DNA of 64,000 nt from the human T2T-CHM13v2.0 reference genome, Homo sapiens: NCBI RefSeq assembly GCF_009914755.1, contig NC_060940.1, one strand, 5' to 3'. The translations under genes and the position numbers were made by a program. Numbering within the stretch: position 1 is the stretch's first letter; every line of letters begins with the position of its first letter. Below are positions 1-22,956 of this stretch, piece by piece. A model generated the notes under the pieces. That model ran no database searches and was not told the DNA's origin. It saw nothing but the letters and a program-made list of their open reading frames with translations.

Positions 1-340
<340 letters not shown>

Positions 341-940
341 AGGAAAAGAAAAGTCATTCATGTTTTGATGGCATGTCCTTATACTATAACAATCTCTTAT
401 ACAAAATCCTGCAAAGATGGCTAGAAGAAAAAGAGAATTTGGAAATCACAATACACTTTATTGCTTTTCAAGGGCTAAAGTGCAGAAATTATGTTGAAAG
501 ACTAATTATCCTTGGCATATAGGAATAATGGTTTGTGGCAGCATTAGAGGTCACTGTCCCATCAATAACTGCACATTTGAAGTAATTCACCAAGGCTGTT
601 CTGAACATATGCAGACCAAGAAGCACTGGGACCCAAGTTATGGAATGAATCCATCTATCACTGACTATTACGGTTGAGGGAAGGTCATTTAAATCTCATT
701 GTATCTCAATTCCTTCAAAGGTCAAATCTCTTTGTGTCTTAATTCCTTCTAAGGCCCTAACTCCCACAGACAGTACAGAGGAAAATGCACCTGCAAACAT
801 TTTTGACAGCATTTTGTACTATGCACATATAAATAAGTTAAAGACCTGGTGGAATTCCATGATTTTACTCATTATATACTCAGAAAAGGCCTAGAAAGGA
901 AATTAAAAATTATAATTTGCTATCTTGGGAATAAGTTCAG

Positions 941-1762
<822 letters not shown>

Positions 1763-2206
1763 CTGAAGAAGAGGAGGGGAGAAAACCAGAACCACTAAAA
1801 AAAAAAATCCTAGTCAAAAAGCAAAAGGCAATCACAAGACGAACAACTGAATTTTTAAAAATAGTTATTTTTTATTTTTTCTCTCTCCCTCCTTGTCCCC
1901 CTCCATCTGCCAATGGGTCACACATGAACACACCCAAGGAGTACACAATGATCCCAACACATTAGCTGTGCTTTTGCTCTATCACCAGCAGCTGGGTAGC
2001 ACCTCTTGTCCTCAGGACTTGCAGGTCAGGAAGCAGGATACCAGTCCACTATGTCCCCCTTACTGCACGGAACTCTTAACAAGTCCTCTTCAGTCCAATT
2101 CAAATCTCTTTACTAGGCTTGAGAAAAGAGGCAAAAACCTCCCCCATTCCTATTGGAGCGGTGGCAGGAATTCACAGCACAAAAATAGCTCCTTAAAGAA
2201 ATTCTC

Positions 2207-2498
2207 GGCCAGGCGTGGTGGCTCACGCCTGTAATCCCAGCACTTTGGGAGGCCGAGGCGGGCGGATCACGAGGTCAGGAGTTCGAGACGAGCCTGATCA
2301 ACATAGTGAAACCCTGTCTCTACTAAAAATACAAAAAATTAGCCGGGTGTGGTCACGGGCTCCTGTAATCCCAGCTACTTGGGAGGCTGAGGCAGGAGAA
2401 TCGCTTGAACCCAGGGGGCGGAGGTTGCAGCAAGCTAAGATCGCGTCACTGCATACCAGTCCAGGCGACAGTGCGAGACTCCGTCTCAAACAAAAAAA
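2207..2498 (+). mobile_element. AluS
   Basis: Full dimer; TSD AAAGAAATTCTC. Confidence 0.95.
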
Positions 2499-3092
2499 GA
2501 AATTCTCCCCCAAATTCCAACAACTCAACCTATATAGCTTTGATGAGGAAGCAGTCTTTTTATAGTCATGGAACCACTTACATCTTTTTGTCTGGTATCT
2601 CACTTTGTTATGTCACAGCTTGGCAAATCAGATGGAAACTTACATTAGGTTTCTGTGCCAACTGAAGATTGAACCAAGCGGCAGAAACAAAATACTTCCA
2701 GAAAAGAGAATCATATTAAAAAGATTCATTAAAATTAAATAATTTTCACAATATTAAATTGTGATACAACATAACCATTTTTCATTAGTAACAAATCATT
2801 GCAACTGAATGAGTCTGTGTCAAAATAAAGAATATTATTGAAATGAAGAATAGATACTGACTGTTTTAGCATAATCTTTTAAATATTTTATTTTGGAATG
2901 CTTGACATTGAAAAGTACAGAGAATCATATAATGTCAAATACTGAGACAGATCTGTAAATCTCTCACTGTAAGTTAATTTGTCAACTTCCCTGAGTATTT
3001 TAATTTCTGTATTACAGATGTTGAAATTATATTGTTACATATATATAACTTTGGAATTATTAAATATTCATGGTAAAATGTTCCTTTTATCA

Positions 3093-3638
<546 letters not shown>

Positions 3639-3649
3639 CTTGATTTTTT

Positions 3650-4490
3650 TTTAATTCACTAAGTAACCAATTTCATGAGTTTTTATAAATGAATAAATAC
3701 AGTGTGCAACCCCATGGCCCCCAAACTTCCCTCTGTGCTCCTTTACAGTCAGCCCCCTCCCCACCATGCCCTGGCAATCATTGATCTGTTTTCTATCACT
3801 ACAATTTTTTGCCTTTTTCAGAATTTCATATAAATTGAATAATTCAATAAATAGACTTTTGTATCTGGCTTCTTTCACTCAGAATTATGCTGTTAAGATT
3901 TATCCTTGTTCTTGTATCAGCAGTTCTTTCCCTTTTTTTTTTTTCGCTTAGCAGTATTTCCTGGTATAGATATATCACATTTGTTTATCACTTCACAAGT
4001 CAGTGAACATTTAAGTTGTTTCTAGTTTTTAGCCATTATGAATAAAGCTGCTATGAACATTCATGTACAAGTCTTTTAAAGAACATATGTTCATTTCTTT
4101 TGGATAAAAACTAGAAACAGAATTACTGGGTTATTTGAAAAGCACACGTTTAATTTTACAAAAAATGAATAACTGTTTGGCAAAGTAACTTCATTCCTAC
4201 CATGATGTATAAATGTTCCAGTTGCTCCGCATCTTTGCCAAACTTGTTATTCATCAGTCTTTTAATTTCAGCCATTCTAGTGGTGTGCCGTATCTCACTA
4301 TTATTTTTATTTGCATTTCCCTAATGACTGAGGTTGAAGATCTTTTCATGTGTTTGTTACCTGTATATCTGCTTTGGTGACAGGTCTCTTCAAATCTTTG
4401 GCCCAGTTTTTTAATGGGTTTGTCTTTTTGTTACTTAGTTGCAAAAGTTCCTTACATATTCTGAATACAAGTCCTTTGTTGCACATAAAC
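3650..4490 (-). mobile_element. Old L1M (L1MB/ME-like) 3' fragment
   Basis: GCTGCTATGAACATTCATGTACAAGTC and TTTGCATTTCCCTAATGACT motifs of antisense L1M. Confidence 0.65.
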
Positions 4491-5074
4491 TTTCATATAA
4501 ATGTCTCATATGCTATTAATATAACCACACCAGTTTTCTTTTGATTGCTATTTGATGAGTATATATTCTTTCATCATTTCACCTTCAACCTTCTAAGAGT
4601 AAGTTTTAATTATGTCTCTTATGAACAGCAAATAGTATTTAAAATAACATCTGACTATCACAATCATTATGATTACTGATATATTCGGATTTATTACTAT
4701 CACTATAATTTGTGAAAATTTAACATGTTATTTTGCTCCTTTTTCTCAATTCTTCTTGCCTTATTTTAGCGTTACAAAGTCTTCTATATTCTCTTTTCCT
4801 CCTCTAATTTTAGTGGCTATTGTTAAATTTTCCTAATAAATTTTAAGATTATTTGATGTCTCTATCCTCTTATCCCGAGTGTATCACATTTTACTTAATA
4901 AACACATTGCCACATCTAAACACTCATTTTGTCTTCACTTCTAGAAAATGTTCAGCTATTATTTTTTCAGATATTATTTCTCTTTTCTCTTCCTCTCTCT
5001 TCTCTAGAACTCCTATTAGATGTATACCAGAGCCTTTCTGAAGGATTCTTTTATAGTTTTTATCTGTGAAATTC

Positions 5075-5470
5075 TTCAGTACATCAGTTAATTACATTCA
5101 GCTACTAAACAGTGGCTTAAAAAAAATAGAGGAGTCAGTCCAGGACTAGCCTAACAGCTCCATAGGCCAGCAAGGACCCAGGCTCCTTCTTCCTCAAACG
5201 TTACACTGGACATATGTTTGCCAACTCATAGTCATCGTATGACTGCTCCACCTCTGACACTGAGGAACTGGCAAAGGGTCAAGCCATCCCTTTATGACCT
5301 TTAAAGGTCAAGCTCTTTAAAAGTCTATCCCATTTTAAAGAGCTTTTCCAAAAGTCCTTCCAGGAAACTTCTGTGTATATCTCAGTAGCTACAAGAGGGT
5401 TCCGCTAGAAGATTTAGTTTTTGATCCTGGGCATATTGCTACCCTGAACAAAATTCTATTAGCAAATAGA
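5075..5470. mobile_element. Degraded MLT1-type LTR fragment
   Basis: CAGTGGCTTAAA...CAAGGACCCAGGCTCCTTC motifs typical of old MLT1 elements. Confidence 0.4.
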
Positions 5471-6384
5471 AGACACAAAATTACTCTTCATCAATTCTCT
5501 CTTTGTCTGATCTAGAGTTTAACCACTTAAGTTTTAAATTTTAGTAACTGTATTTTTATTTCCAATATTCTACTTGGCTCTTTCATAGGCAGATATTCTT
5601 ATTTCTGAATTTGTTTTCCATTTTTGTTCTTCCATTCTCTCTTAGAAAATTCTAAACACATTTATTTTCAAGACGTTTGCTCATTTATTTCCATTTCAAT
5701 CTGAAGTGAGTTTATCTTCTGATGGTTGAGTTTGTGGAAATCCTCCCTAGTATTAAATTTCTCTGTGGGTTTTTTTTTTTTTTTTTTGTATGTGTGTGAG
5801 AGGGAGTTTACATTTCAGGTTCATTTGAATGGTAGGTTCATTTTCTCTCTCACCCTATCTGCTGCTTCCTCTCCACCAATCCCCAGCCTTGTCCTCATTC
5901 ACTCTTTCCCTCTCAAGCAACTCTACTTACTTTCTTCACTTTGTCCTTCAGCCCCTAAGACCTCATACTGACAGTGGTGGGCTCCTGCCCCATGGTTGAT
6001 ACTGGAGTTACAAACACTCATTCATTAAACTAGTAGGGATTTCATTCATTTCCTGGTCAAAGGCCATGTAACTGGATTCTCCCACCTCTTTAGGACCAAA
6101 CCTAGAAATAAGCCTTGGTTTCAGTCAGTGCTTAATGGCAGTTATTGTTTTAGCTTTCTTGCAGAAACAAAAGATACCAACCAGCCTGGCATTAGGCCGT
6201 AAGACTAACCCAGGACCCCCATTATGAGCAGAAAACTATTACTAAATACTTATAAGAGCCAAATTCCGAGGCTGCCACAACCTTTCAGACCCAGAGCCCA
6301 GGAGGCCCACAGACCTTCTGATCATTTTATGTTTCTATTCTGTATTTCTAAGCTCAGCTAGGTCTTTTCATATTTTTATTATTA

Positions 6385-6976
<592 letters not shown>

Positions 6977-7679
6977 ATTTATCTTTTTCATACATGTATT
7001 CTATCAATATTGCTGTGTATTTGGATCAGAATGGATGCCTGATCCAAAGTGTGAATTCATGAGGTAATTTTGTCTGGAAGTCTTCCAGACAAACTCAGAT
7101 TGGTTTATGACAGTCAAGATTCAAAACAGAGTAAAATCATGTATAGATAGCTTCCTAAAAATATTAACATATCTGTTTATGGTCATTTGTCATTCATTCT
7201 GTTTGACTAACAAGTGAACTCCTTTCCTGGGATGGAGACTCCTCTAGGACAGATGGAAGAAATGGCATGGCTCCCTGGCTGCTGGATCACAACTTATGAC
7301 TACCTCAGACTCTGAATTTTAATTTAATTGGGGGGGAAAAAAAACCCAGAAAGAATCTATTTGGTGATGGATGCTGGCAGCTACTTCTAATTTCCAAAGG
7401 CAGCTTCTAATGGTAGCATCCACTGTCTACTCTGGCTATTGTGAGCCCCAGAATCTAATGCCTAGCAGTGGAGGTGGGGATGTCTTGAACAGATAGTTCT
7501 GCAACAGGATTTGGGGCATAATAGCCTCTGAACCTCTGAAACAGTCTCTGATATAATCTTTAATAATGCCCATACTGGCTTCTTTGAAAAGATATGACTA
7601 AAAGCTATGAAAAGCATTATGTGATACTTTCTTAATTAAGATGATCAAATGAAAAATAATTCATCTTTGTGAGTCTTAC

Positions 7680-7870
7680 CTTTCCACCAACCAGAGGCAA
7701 AATGTGCATCTTTCCAGTTTGACAATCCTTCACTGAGGAAACGATAAGGCAGGTACCACAGAGGACAACTAGGCGCTCAGCCCACTTATGCAGCTGGGTC
7801 TTTCCCTTGCGTACATTATAGATGCCAGACAATAGGATTCGATCCAAACGATCCATGTGGCATGGTTTTT
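7680..7870 (-). CDS. PHLPP2: PHLPP2 coding exon 4 (PH domain): [64 protein letters not shown]
   Basis: 191 nt, phase 1/0. TTTCAG acceptor (CAG at 7871-7873); AAG|GTAAGA donor at 7679. Frame consistent with both flanking exons. Confidence 0.96.
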
Positions 7871-8146
7871 CTGAAAAGGAAATAATACTTCAGAATCCAC
7901 CATTAAAGTAGTGTAAGAATACAGAAATGGAAAAAGAAAGCATTGTGTGTCAACATTCAACAACCTTATTTATAGATATAAGTAACCAAGCAATATAGTT
8001 AAGACAAAATTAGATCTAGTCCATCACTGAATTATATACAGTAGGAGTACCTTTGAATTTTGGTCTATGAAGCAAAATTGTACTTTGGATGCCATTGTTA
8101 CATTAACCCTTCTTCCAACAGCCATATCTCCTATGTACCCAGAGAA

Positions 8147-8330
8147 AGGCAGTATGGTAGAGTGGTTAAGATCATGAACTCTGAAGTCAGAGATACTTGA
8201 ATTTGAATGCTGGTTCTGTCACTTTGTTTACTTGAACTATTTATTCTCATTACGCTTTACTTTACTCATTTATACAGTTTGAATCTTAACACAACCTACC
8301 TTCTGGGGATTCTTATAAAAATTAAGTAAG
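8147..8330 (+). mobile_element. MIR (further MIRs at ~20780-21010, 27700-28090, 28620-28820, 29170-29330, 41770-41970, 54290-54470)
   Basis: GGCAGTATGGTAGAGTGGTTAAG...CTCTGAAGTCAGA head and MIR core motifs. Confidence 0.6.
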
Positions 8331-8332
8331 AT

Positions 8333-8750
<418 letters not shown>

Positions 8751-9189
8751 CTACCCTAGAAGGAAGAAATTAGTAACTACAGGAGTACTCTAATTTTGTA
8801 CATAATCCTCCATCTCTCTGCCACTAATATGGAAAAGCTTATGGGTGGTACTTCAATCAACTATTCCGATCACGGTGGTGGAAATTCTACTTCTCATCAG
8901 AGGCCTTCATGACTGAGATACAGTGAACAAAACAGCACATAATAACAGAAAAGACGTGAAGTTCTTGGTAAGAGCACTATTAAAAGAAGTGTGCACCTGT
9001 AGTCCCAGGTACTCAGGAGGCTGAGGCAGGAAGACTGTTTGAGCCCAGGAGTTCAAGGCCAACCTGGACATCATAGTAAGACCCTGTGTCTTAAAAACAA
9101 AAAAAAACAAAACAACAACAACAAAAAGGGACAACTAACTATACACAGAAATGAGCAGGAGTAGCAGTATGAGGTGGTCCAAACAGTAA

Positions 9190-9529
<340 letters not shown>

Positions 9530-9546
9530 ACTTAATTGTTTATACA

Positions 9547-9621
9547 ATTAGGTATCACTTTGCCTATTTAAATTAGGTATCACTTTGCCTATTTAACTTA
9601 GGTATCACTTTGCCTATTTAA
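9547..9621. repeat. 3 x 25-bp tandem repeat (A/C)TTAGGTATCACTTTGCCTATTTAA
   Basis: Units at 9547, 9572 and 9597, identical except for the first base. Confidence 0.95.
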
Positions 9622-9768
9622 CCATGTGTTTCCCATATACAATATGAGGAAATGAGCTAGATTACTTCAAAGCCTTAAAATTGTATTATTCAATAAAACT
9701 TTGTATATTAATACACTATACAGGATAAGCATTTCACCTTCTATTCTAGGTCAATCCTTTCATCTATA

Positions 9769-10040
9769 CAGTCGTTCCTTGGTATTGGCAAGTGATTGAT
9801 TCCAGGACCTCCCCAAGGATACCAAAATCCACAGATGCTATAGTCTCTTATATAAAATGAAATGGTATTTGCATATAACCTACGCACAACTTCCTGTATA
9901 ATTTGAATAATCTCTAGATTACTTATAATATCTAAAACAATGTAAATGTTAAGTAAATAGTTGTTATGCCATATTTTTCTTTGTTTTTTTTTATTTTTTT
10001 AAAATATTTTTGATCCATTGTGGATATGGACGACTGACTG
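9769..10040 (+). mobile_element. MER2 (Tigger-family DNA transposon)
   Basis: CAGTCG...GACTG termini with TA target duplication; GATACCAAAATCCACAGATGCT and GTATTTGCATATAACCTACGCAC motifs. Confidence 0.8.
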
Positions 10041-10171
10041 TATTCTAAATTCCACCTTCCTCAGAGAGTTTGGTTCTCCCAGATCTATATTCCTAAGTTC
10101 TAGTTCCACATTTCCAACTATCCAGATATCTCCAACTACATGTTTACCATCACTTAAAATTCAACATGCCT

Positions 10172-14375
<4,204 letters not shown>

Positions 14376-14970
14376 GAAACTCAGGGTCTGCAATTTTCCA
14401 CACTTGACTTCAATTATTGCTCTGATTATTGCCATCCTAGCCCACCAGACAGGAAAAGAGCACCACAGCCCTGAGAAGCACACACTGGGGGTTTTAGGAA
14501 CCAGGTAGAAGTGGCGCACATCAAGTCCACTCCATACAATGGAAGAAAATTTTGTCACATGTACACACCTAACCGCAAGAAAGGCTGCGAAATGGGCTGT
14601 AGCTAGGCAGTTATATGCCCCACTACAATTTTGTTACTATGAAAGAACAGATTTTGATAAACAATAGTATTGCCACACATTTCAAAATAATATGGCTGTG
14701 TTTTAGCCTGTTTTCTGAACTTTAAATGAATGGAAACATACGATGTAATTCTTTTGCGTCTGGCTTCTGATGTTTGTATTTATGCTCTTTTGACAAAGCT
14801 GTTTTAAACAATATGTGCAGAGAATGCAGTACACAGAGAAACGTTCAGGCAGGGAGTTGTGCTACCTGAGCCATACAGTCCCAGAGCTACAACTTCCCTC
14901 ACAAATCATACCCTCTATATGCCACTTTCTCCAACGCAAATAAGAGGTTTGCTCTTTCTCTCTCTCTCTC

Positions 14971-15721
<751 letters not shown>

Positions 15722-15856
15722 GCCTGTCTCTAAGGTCCCTTAGAGCAACCCATACAAGAAACAGGCTGAGTACGCTACCAAGGAAGCTGCTGTGGGCAGC
15801 CATTGTACACTGGGCCTCCCTGAGGAAAGGAACTCAGTTGGCTTAACTGTCTGCAG
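15722..15856 (-). ncRNA. SNORA70D: Box H/ACA snoRNA U70 retrocopy
   Basis: 135 nt, CTGCAGACAGTTAAGCCAACTGAGTTCCTTTCCTCAGG...AAGGGACCTTAGAGACAGGC, matching SNORA70. H box ACAGCA in the hinge; ACA box 3 nt from the 3' end. Sense orientation within PHLPP2 intron 3. Confidence 0.9.
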
Positions 15857-16315
15857 AGGATTTACATGCTCTCTTAATCCCATGATTAATCATGCTACCT
15901 ACTCAACTTGACTTTAGTGAAATGTTATCTCCACAGCTTTTATATCATGAATTCGAACTGAGAGAGCCATTCCACTCACTTTTCCCCCAGCACTCCCTCT
16001 CCAGCAAGACTGATAACTGGCATTTGCATAATGGCTGACTGGGACACTACCCAGTGTCCTTTTATAACCAGAGAACACAACATTAACTGGTTCGCACTCG
16101 GGCCCTTATGACCTTGGCTTTATTAACACTATATTCCAAATAAGCTGATGCACCAAAAATTCTACACATAAAATATTTGAAGCTGATTACTAAGCTATTT
16201 ACTTCAAAGAGAATACTTCAACTCTTTCCTTCCGTAACAATAGTTGTGTCTGGTTTCAGGAACTGGGTGGTTGGAGGAAAAAGGTGAGAGGGAAGCATAT
16301 TTTCTATGATAGTTT

Positions 16316-17253
16316 TGATAGAGACAGGAGGCAGAGAAATTCTAGGCAGACAGGGACAGGTGCCCAGCAAAACCCCACCTTCGAGCCAAAAAGCCTGAAA
16401 CCTGTGGCCCAAAGTGAGAATTTCCATCCCTGTTTGTCTGCTCTCTCCTGAATGGTTCTTTCTGAGTGTCTTTTTACCAATCGAATGTTGCCTTTTCCAA
16501 AACTACCTACAGCACCTCCCATCCTGTGCCCATGAAGACCCCAGACTCAGCGAGCAGAGAAGAGAAGCAGCTGGACATCAGGGAGAGGCGACTTGACTTC
16601 AGAAGACAGTGGCAGGGAGGCAACTTGACTTCAAGGGAGAGTGAGCTGCCCTTCCCATTCCCTTTCCAGCTCCACTCTTCACTGAGAGCTGCTTTCATCA
16701 TTCAATAAAATTCTCCGCATTCACCATCTTTCAATTTGTCCACATGACCTCATGCCTCTTAGGCACCAGACAAGAATTTGGGACGCACCAAGTGCCGGTA
16801 TTCAAAAAGGCTGTCACACTGGCCCTTTACCCTCACTGGTGGAAAGCAGCCGCCCTACGCAACAAGGCAAAGGGACCACTGACCTGGTAACACATTGCCG
16901 TCTGCAGATGAGAGAGGTAAGAGAGCATTATAACATGTCCTCTGGGGCCTTGGGATCACAGACACCCCCACCTGGACGCTGCTGCAAGCCTACACAGAGT
17001 TTGCTTCTGCTGGTGCTAAAGCAGGCAGCCAGTTCCTGCACTCGCTCTCCTATGCGCTACATCCCACAAAGGGTGGAGCACAACAGACCCCAGTGAACAC
17101 GGTTTGTTCCCACCAGCGTCCAATCAGCTAGCCAGTTCACGCACTCATTCACCTGCGCATTCCCTCCCACAAGGGGTTGAGCGGGGTGGGCTGAGTAAAT
17201 GGGGTACCCCTGTCACAAGTCCCAAAGAGGGGTCAAGAAAATATCCTGCATCA
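16316..17253 (+). mobile_element. ERV1-class solo LTR (LTR27/LTR28/MER50-like group)
   Basis: TG...CA termini, 4-bp TSD GTTT (16312-16315 and 17254-17257), internal AATAAA at 16704-16709, characteristic TGATAGAGACAGGAGGCAGAGAAATTCTAGGCAG start. Confidence 0.85.
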
Positions 17254-17268
17254 GTTTTATTATAGATC

Positions 17269-17586
<318 letters not shown>

Positions 17587-17594
17587 ATAGACCC

Positions 17595-18420
17595 ACAAAT
17601 TCTTTGACACTCCTTTCAAAAACTGGAGCTAATTCCTCTCTCTATAGTATGGGCTGTGTTTAGTGACTCATTTCTTTTTTTTTTTTTTTTTTTTTTTTGA
17701 GACAGAGTCTCGCTCTGTCACCCAGGCTTGAGTGCAGGGGCACGATCTCGGCTCACTGCAAGCTCTACCTCCCAGGTTGACGCCATTCTCCTGCCTCAGC
17801 CTTCCCAGTAGCTGGGACTATAGGTGCCCGCCACCAGGCCCAGCTAATTTTTTGTATTTTTAGTAGAGACAGGGTTTCACTGTGTTAGCCAGGATGGTCT
17901 CAATCTCCTGACCTTGTGATCTGCCCGCCTCAGCCTCCCAAAGTGCTGGGATTACAGGCGTGAGCCACCGCACCTGGCCTGTGACTCATTTCTTAATAAG
18001 TAAAAAGTGGTAAAAGTAAAGGTGACTTACAAAGCTTGGTTATAAAAGACACTGAGGCCTCTGTGCACGTGCATGCATGTGTGTATACGTGTGTCTCATC
18101 ACTGGGGAAACTAGCCACTATGTTGTGAAGACGCCTAGGAAGCCCTATGGAAAGATCCACAGAAGAGGGAACTGAAGCCTCCTACCAGCAGCTGGTGAGG
18201 AACTGAGGCCATGTGAGTGAACCGTGTTGAAAGTGAATCTTCCAGGCCTACTCAGGCCTTCAGATGACTAAAATCTCATGAAACCCAAGCCAGGACCATC
18301 CCTCCAGCTAAACTGCTCCTAGATTTCTGGCCCACAAAAACTATATAATTATTAAGTATTAATCATTTTAAGTCCTAACTTTTGAGGCAATTTGTTACAG
18401 AGCCAACAGATAACTAATTC
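17595..18420. mobile_element. MLT1-type MaLR LTR interrupted by a minus-strand AluY (17675-17979)
   Basis: ACAAATTCTTTGACACTCCT...TTTGAGGCAATTTGTTACAGAGCCAACAGATAACTAAT is MaLR-like; Alu TSD GTGACTCATTTCTT. Confidence 0.65.
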
Positions 18421-18458
<38 letters not shown>

Positions 18459-18490
18459 ATATCTATCTACCTACCTACCTACCTACCTAC
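18421..18490. repeat. Compound tetranucleotide microsatellite (ATCT)n(ACCT)n
   Basis: Read directly from the sequence. Confidence 0.95.
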
Positions 18491-18825
18491 GTTTTGTTTT
18501 TGGTACCAGGTACATTATTACTTTTCAAAGATTATTAACTTTAAGTTTCATCCCAAACTTAATTTCCTCACTCAAACCATACTAGCTTTTCTATGTCAAC
18601 AGAACTCACTTTTGGAAAGATCCCTCAAAATTTAAGTACTACAAACTGGTACTCTTTTAGACTCTACTGGAAATATCCTCTTAAGGGTATAGTACATTAA
18701 GATCCTGCATATGCTGTCATTTATCAGATGGTGGTAGGAAAAGTAGGGGCATCAGAGCCAACCACTGTGCAGTATAACTGCACGTAAAAGAAAGGTTCAA
18801 CTTTCATTCTAGAAAAAAATATACA

Positions 18826-19153
18826 CAGTAGCCCCCCTGCCACCTGTGGTCTTGCTTTCCAAGGTTTTAGTTATCTGCAGTCAATCATGGTCTGAAAATA
18901 GGTAAGTAAAGTACAAGATATTTTGAGAGAGAGAACATTCACTAACTTTTATTACAGCATATTGCTATAATTATACTATTTTATAATTAAATATTGTTAA
19001 TCTCTTACTTTGCCTAATTTATCAATTAAACTTTACCATAGGTATGTGTATACAGGAAAACACATAGTACATATAGAGTTCAGTACTATCTGCAATTTCA
19101 GTCATCCACTAAGGATCTTGGAACGCAATCCCAGTGGATAAGGGGGGACTACC
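18826..19153 (+). mobile_element. MER44A/Tigger7-like DNA transposon
   Basis: Terminal inverted repeats CAGTAGCCCCCC...GGGGGGACTAC; internal GATATTTTGAGAGAGAG motif. Confidence 0.75.
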
Positions 19154-19738
19154 ATAATGAAGAACTAGGGTTCAACCACAATCAGATAAGAAGCATGTTA
19201 CTGTTCCAAGTTTTTGTTTTTTTAACTATTATAGTGATAGATGGGTCGTGTTCCTCAAATTCATCTTAAAATATTTTTCTCAGAAGAGTCAAAAATCCTA
19301 GATTTAAACCCCACTAAATTCACCAATATACAAATTTGACAGGTATACTCATCAACGTCAAGTCATATATGATAATGATTACTTACTCTCAACATTTTTG
19401 AGCTATCCAGAAGTTCACAGACTTTACCAGGAGCTTGAAAAAATAATTTACTAAAGCATGATCCAGTCAAGATTCTGGCAAAGGTATAAAATAATGCTAG
19501 TAAGTTAGCAAAATACAAGTGCAAAATGAGCAAAAATAAAAAGAGAAGATATTTTTAAAGTGTTCCCTTACCCCTGACCTCTTGGCTTTTGTTGTTCTTT
19601 GGTTGGTGTTAACTACGTTAGTTAATTGGCTTAAAACTAGCTTTTGATAAAATACCTTTAAAAAGCTGACGGCAGATAAGAGGCACAAATGATCAACCTA
19701 AAAGTAGTTAACATACAAAGCCACTGATAAATTCTTAC

Positions 19739-19872
19739 CACCATAAAATCGAATCATACAGCCGAGGTCAGGATTTGTAGCCTCCTCCTGTATGCGCACA
19801 GGATCATCAAATCCCAGCCTGGATAAGTAATCATAAACGATCTGAAGAGGTCGTTCAGTAGGTTCCAGTCTC
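19739..19872 (-). CDS. PHLPP2: PHLPP2 coding exon 3 (RA domain): [44 protein letters not shown]
   Basis: 134 nt, phase 2/1. CAG acceptor at 19873-19875; GTG|GTAAGA donor at 19738. Confidence 0.95.
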
Positions 19873-19929
19873 CTGATTACACAATTCAAAAAAATATATA
19901 TATTTGGTAAGTAATAAAAATGGTTCATT

Positions 19930-20290
19930 TAATTTTTTAGTATTTTTATTTTTATTTGTATAAATTTCAGGGGTACAAGTGCTATTCTGTCACATGAATA
20001 TACTGCTTAGTAGTGAAGTCTGGGCTTTTAGTGTAATCCTCACCTGAATCATGTATATTGTATTCATTAAGTAATTTCTCATCCTTCACTCCCACCCCAC
20101 CCTCACACCCTTCTGCTTTTCCAATGTCTATTACCCCACACTCTATTATTTAGCTACCACTTGTAAGAGAGAACAGGTAGTATTTGACTTTCTGTTTCTG
20201 AGTTATTTCACTGAAGATAATGACTTCCAGGTCCATCCATGTTGCTACATTAAGACATGACTTCATTCCTTTTTCATGGCTGAGTAGTAA
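19930..20290 (-). mobile_element. L1MA-like 3' end
   Basis: T-rich tail, GGGGTACAAGTG, and CCATCCATGTTGCT...TTCATTCCTTTTTCATGGCTGAGTAGTA. Confidence 0.7.
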
Positions 20291-21187
20291 CTCAACATAC
20301 AAAATCTGCTCTTGATTTTTATTCCTAGGTCAAGTTTTTCTTTAATATTCTATGATACAACTAATCTAAACAAGTGTTTTTTTAACTTTTTGGTGTCAGG
20401 ACCCCTTTATACTTTGGGGATCACAAAGAGCTTTTGTTTACATGTGTTATATCTATTGATATTTACCAAATTAGAAATTAAAATTGAGAATTTCCATTTA
20501 TTAATTCACCTTAAAATAACTCCCTAAAGATCATTCTACTACATGGTCCTAATTGAAAGCTAAGGTAAAACCAGAATGTCCTGCAATCACTTGTGGCCTC
20601 TGGTGACACTGTATTTTAAATCACAGACTTAAAATACTGAAAAATATTTAAAAAAAAACAAAAGTGATGAATGTGCATTTTGATAGAAGGGGCTATAATA
20701 GTCATAATAGCAAGACAGCTCTTTTATAATGCTTTTACCAGAAACCAAACAGTTATAAATACAGTGGCTAAACGTATAGGCTCCAACAGTCAACTGCCTG
20801 GGTTCAAGTCTTAGTCCTGCCACTTACCAACTGCATGCCCCAGTATATTTACTCTCACTGTTTTAAATCCTCATCAGTATCATGGGAATAGCAACAATAC
20901 CTAACTCATAAGATGTTTAAATTTATTTATTTACTTTCAACAAGATACTATATAGTATGAAAAGTGCTTAGCAAAATATCTCACATGTAGTAAGTGTTCA
21001 GTAAGATACTGACAATTATTATTCTAAAAAATTTTAAGATTGGAATCAATTTTAGAATAAAAATAGAGTATTTCTCCCATCTCAAACAACAACCAAAAGC
21101 AAGCACAGGAAAGTCCGTATGTGTTCAAAAGGTCTGAAAGAACATTTAAAGAACCTGTTAAGAACCTGTTCAGAAAACTTAAGAATA

Positions 21188-22956
<1,769 letters not shown>

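Noticed and set aside
16218-17096. ORFs overlapping the solo LTR
   Set aside because: No gag/pol/env similarity; chance ORFs in LTR sequence.
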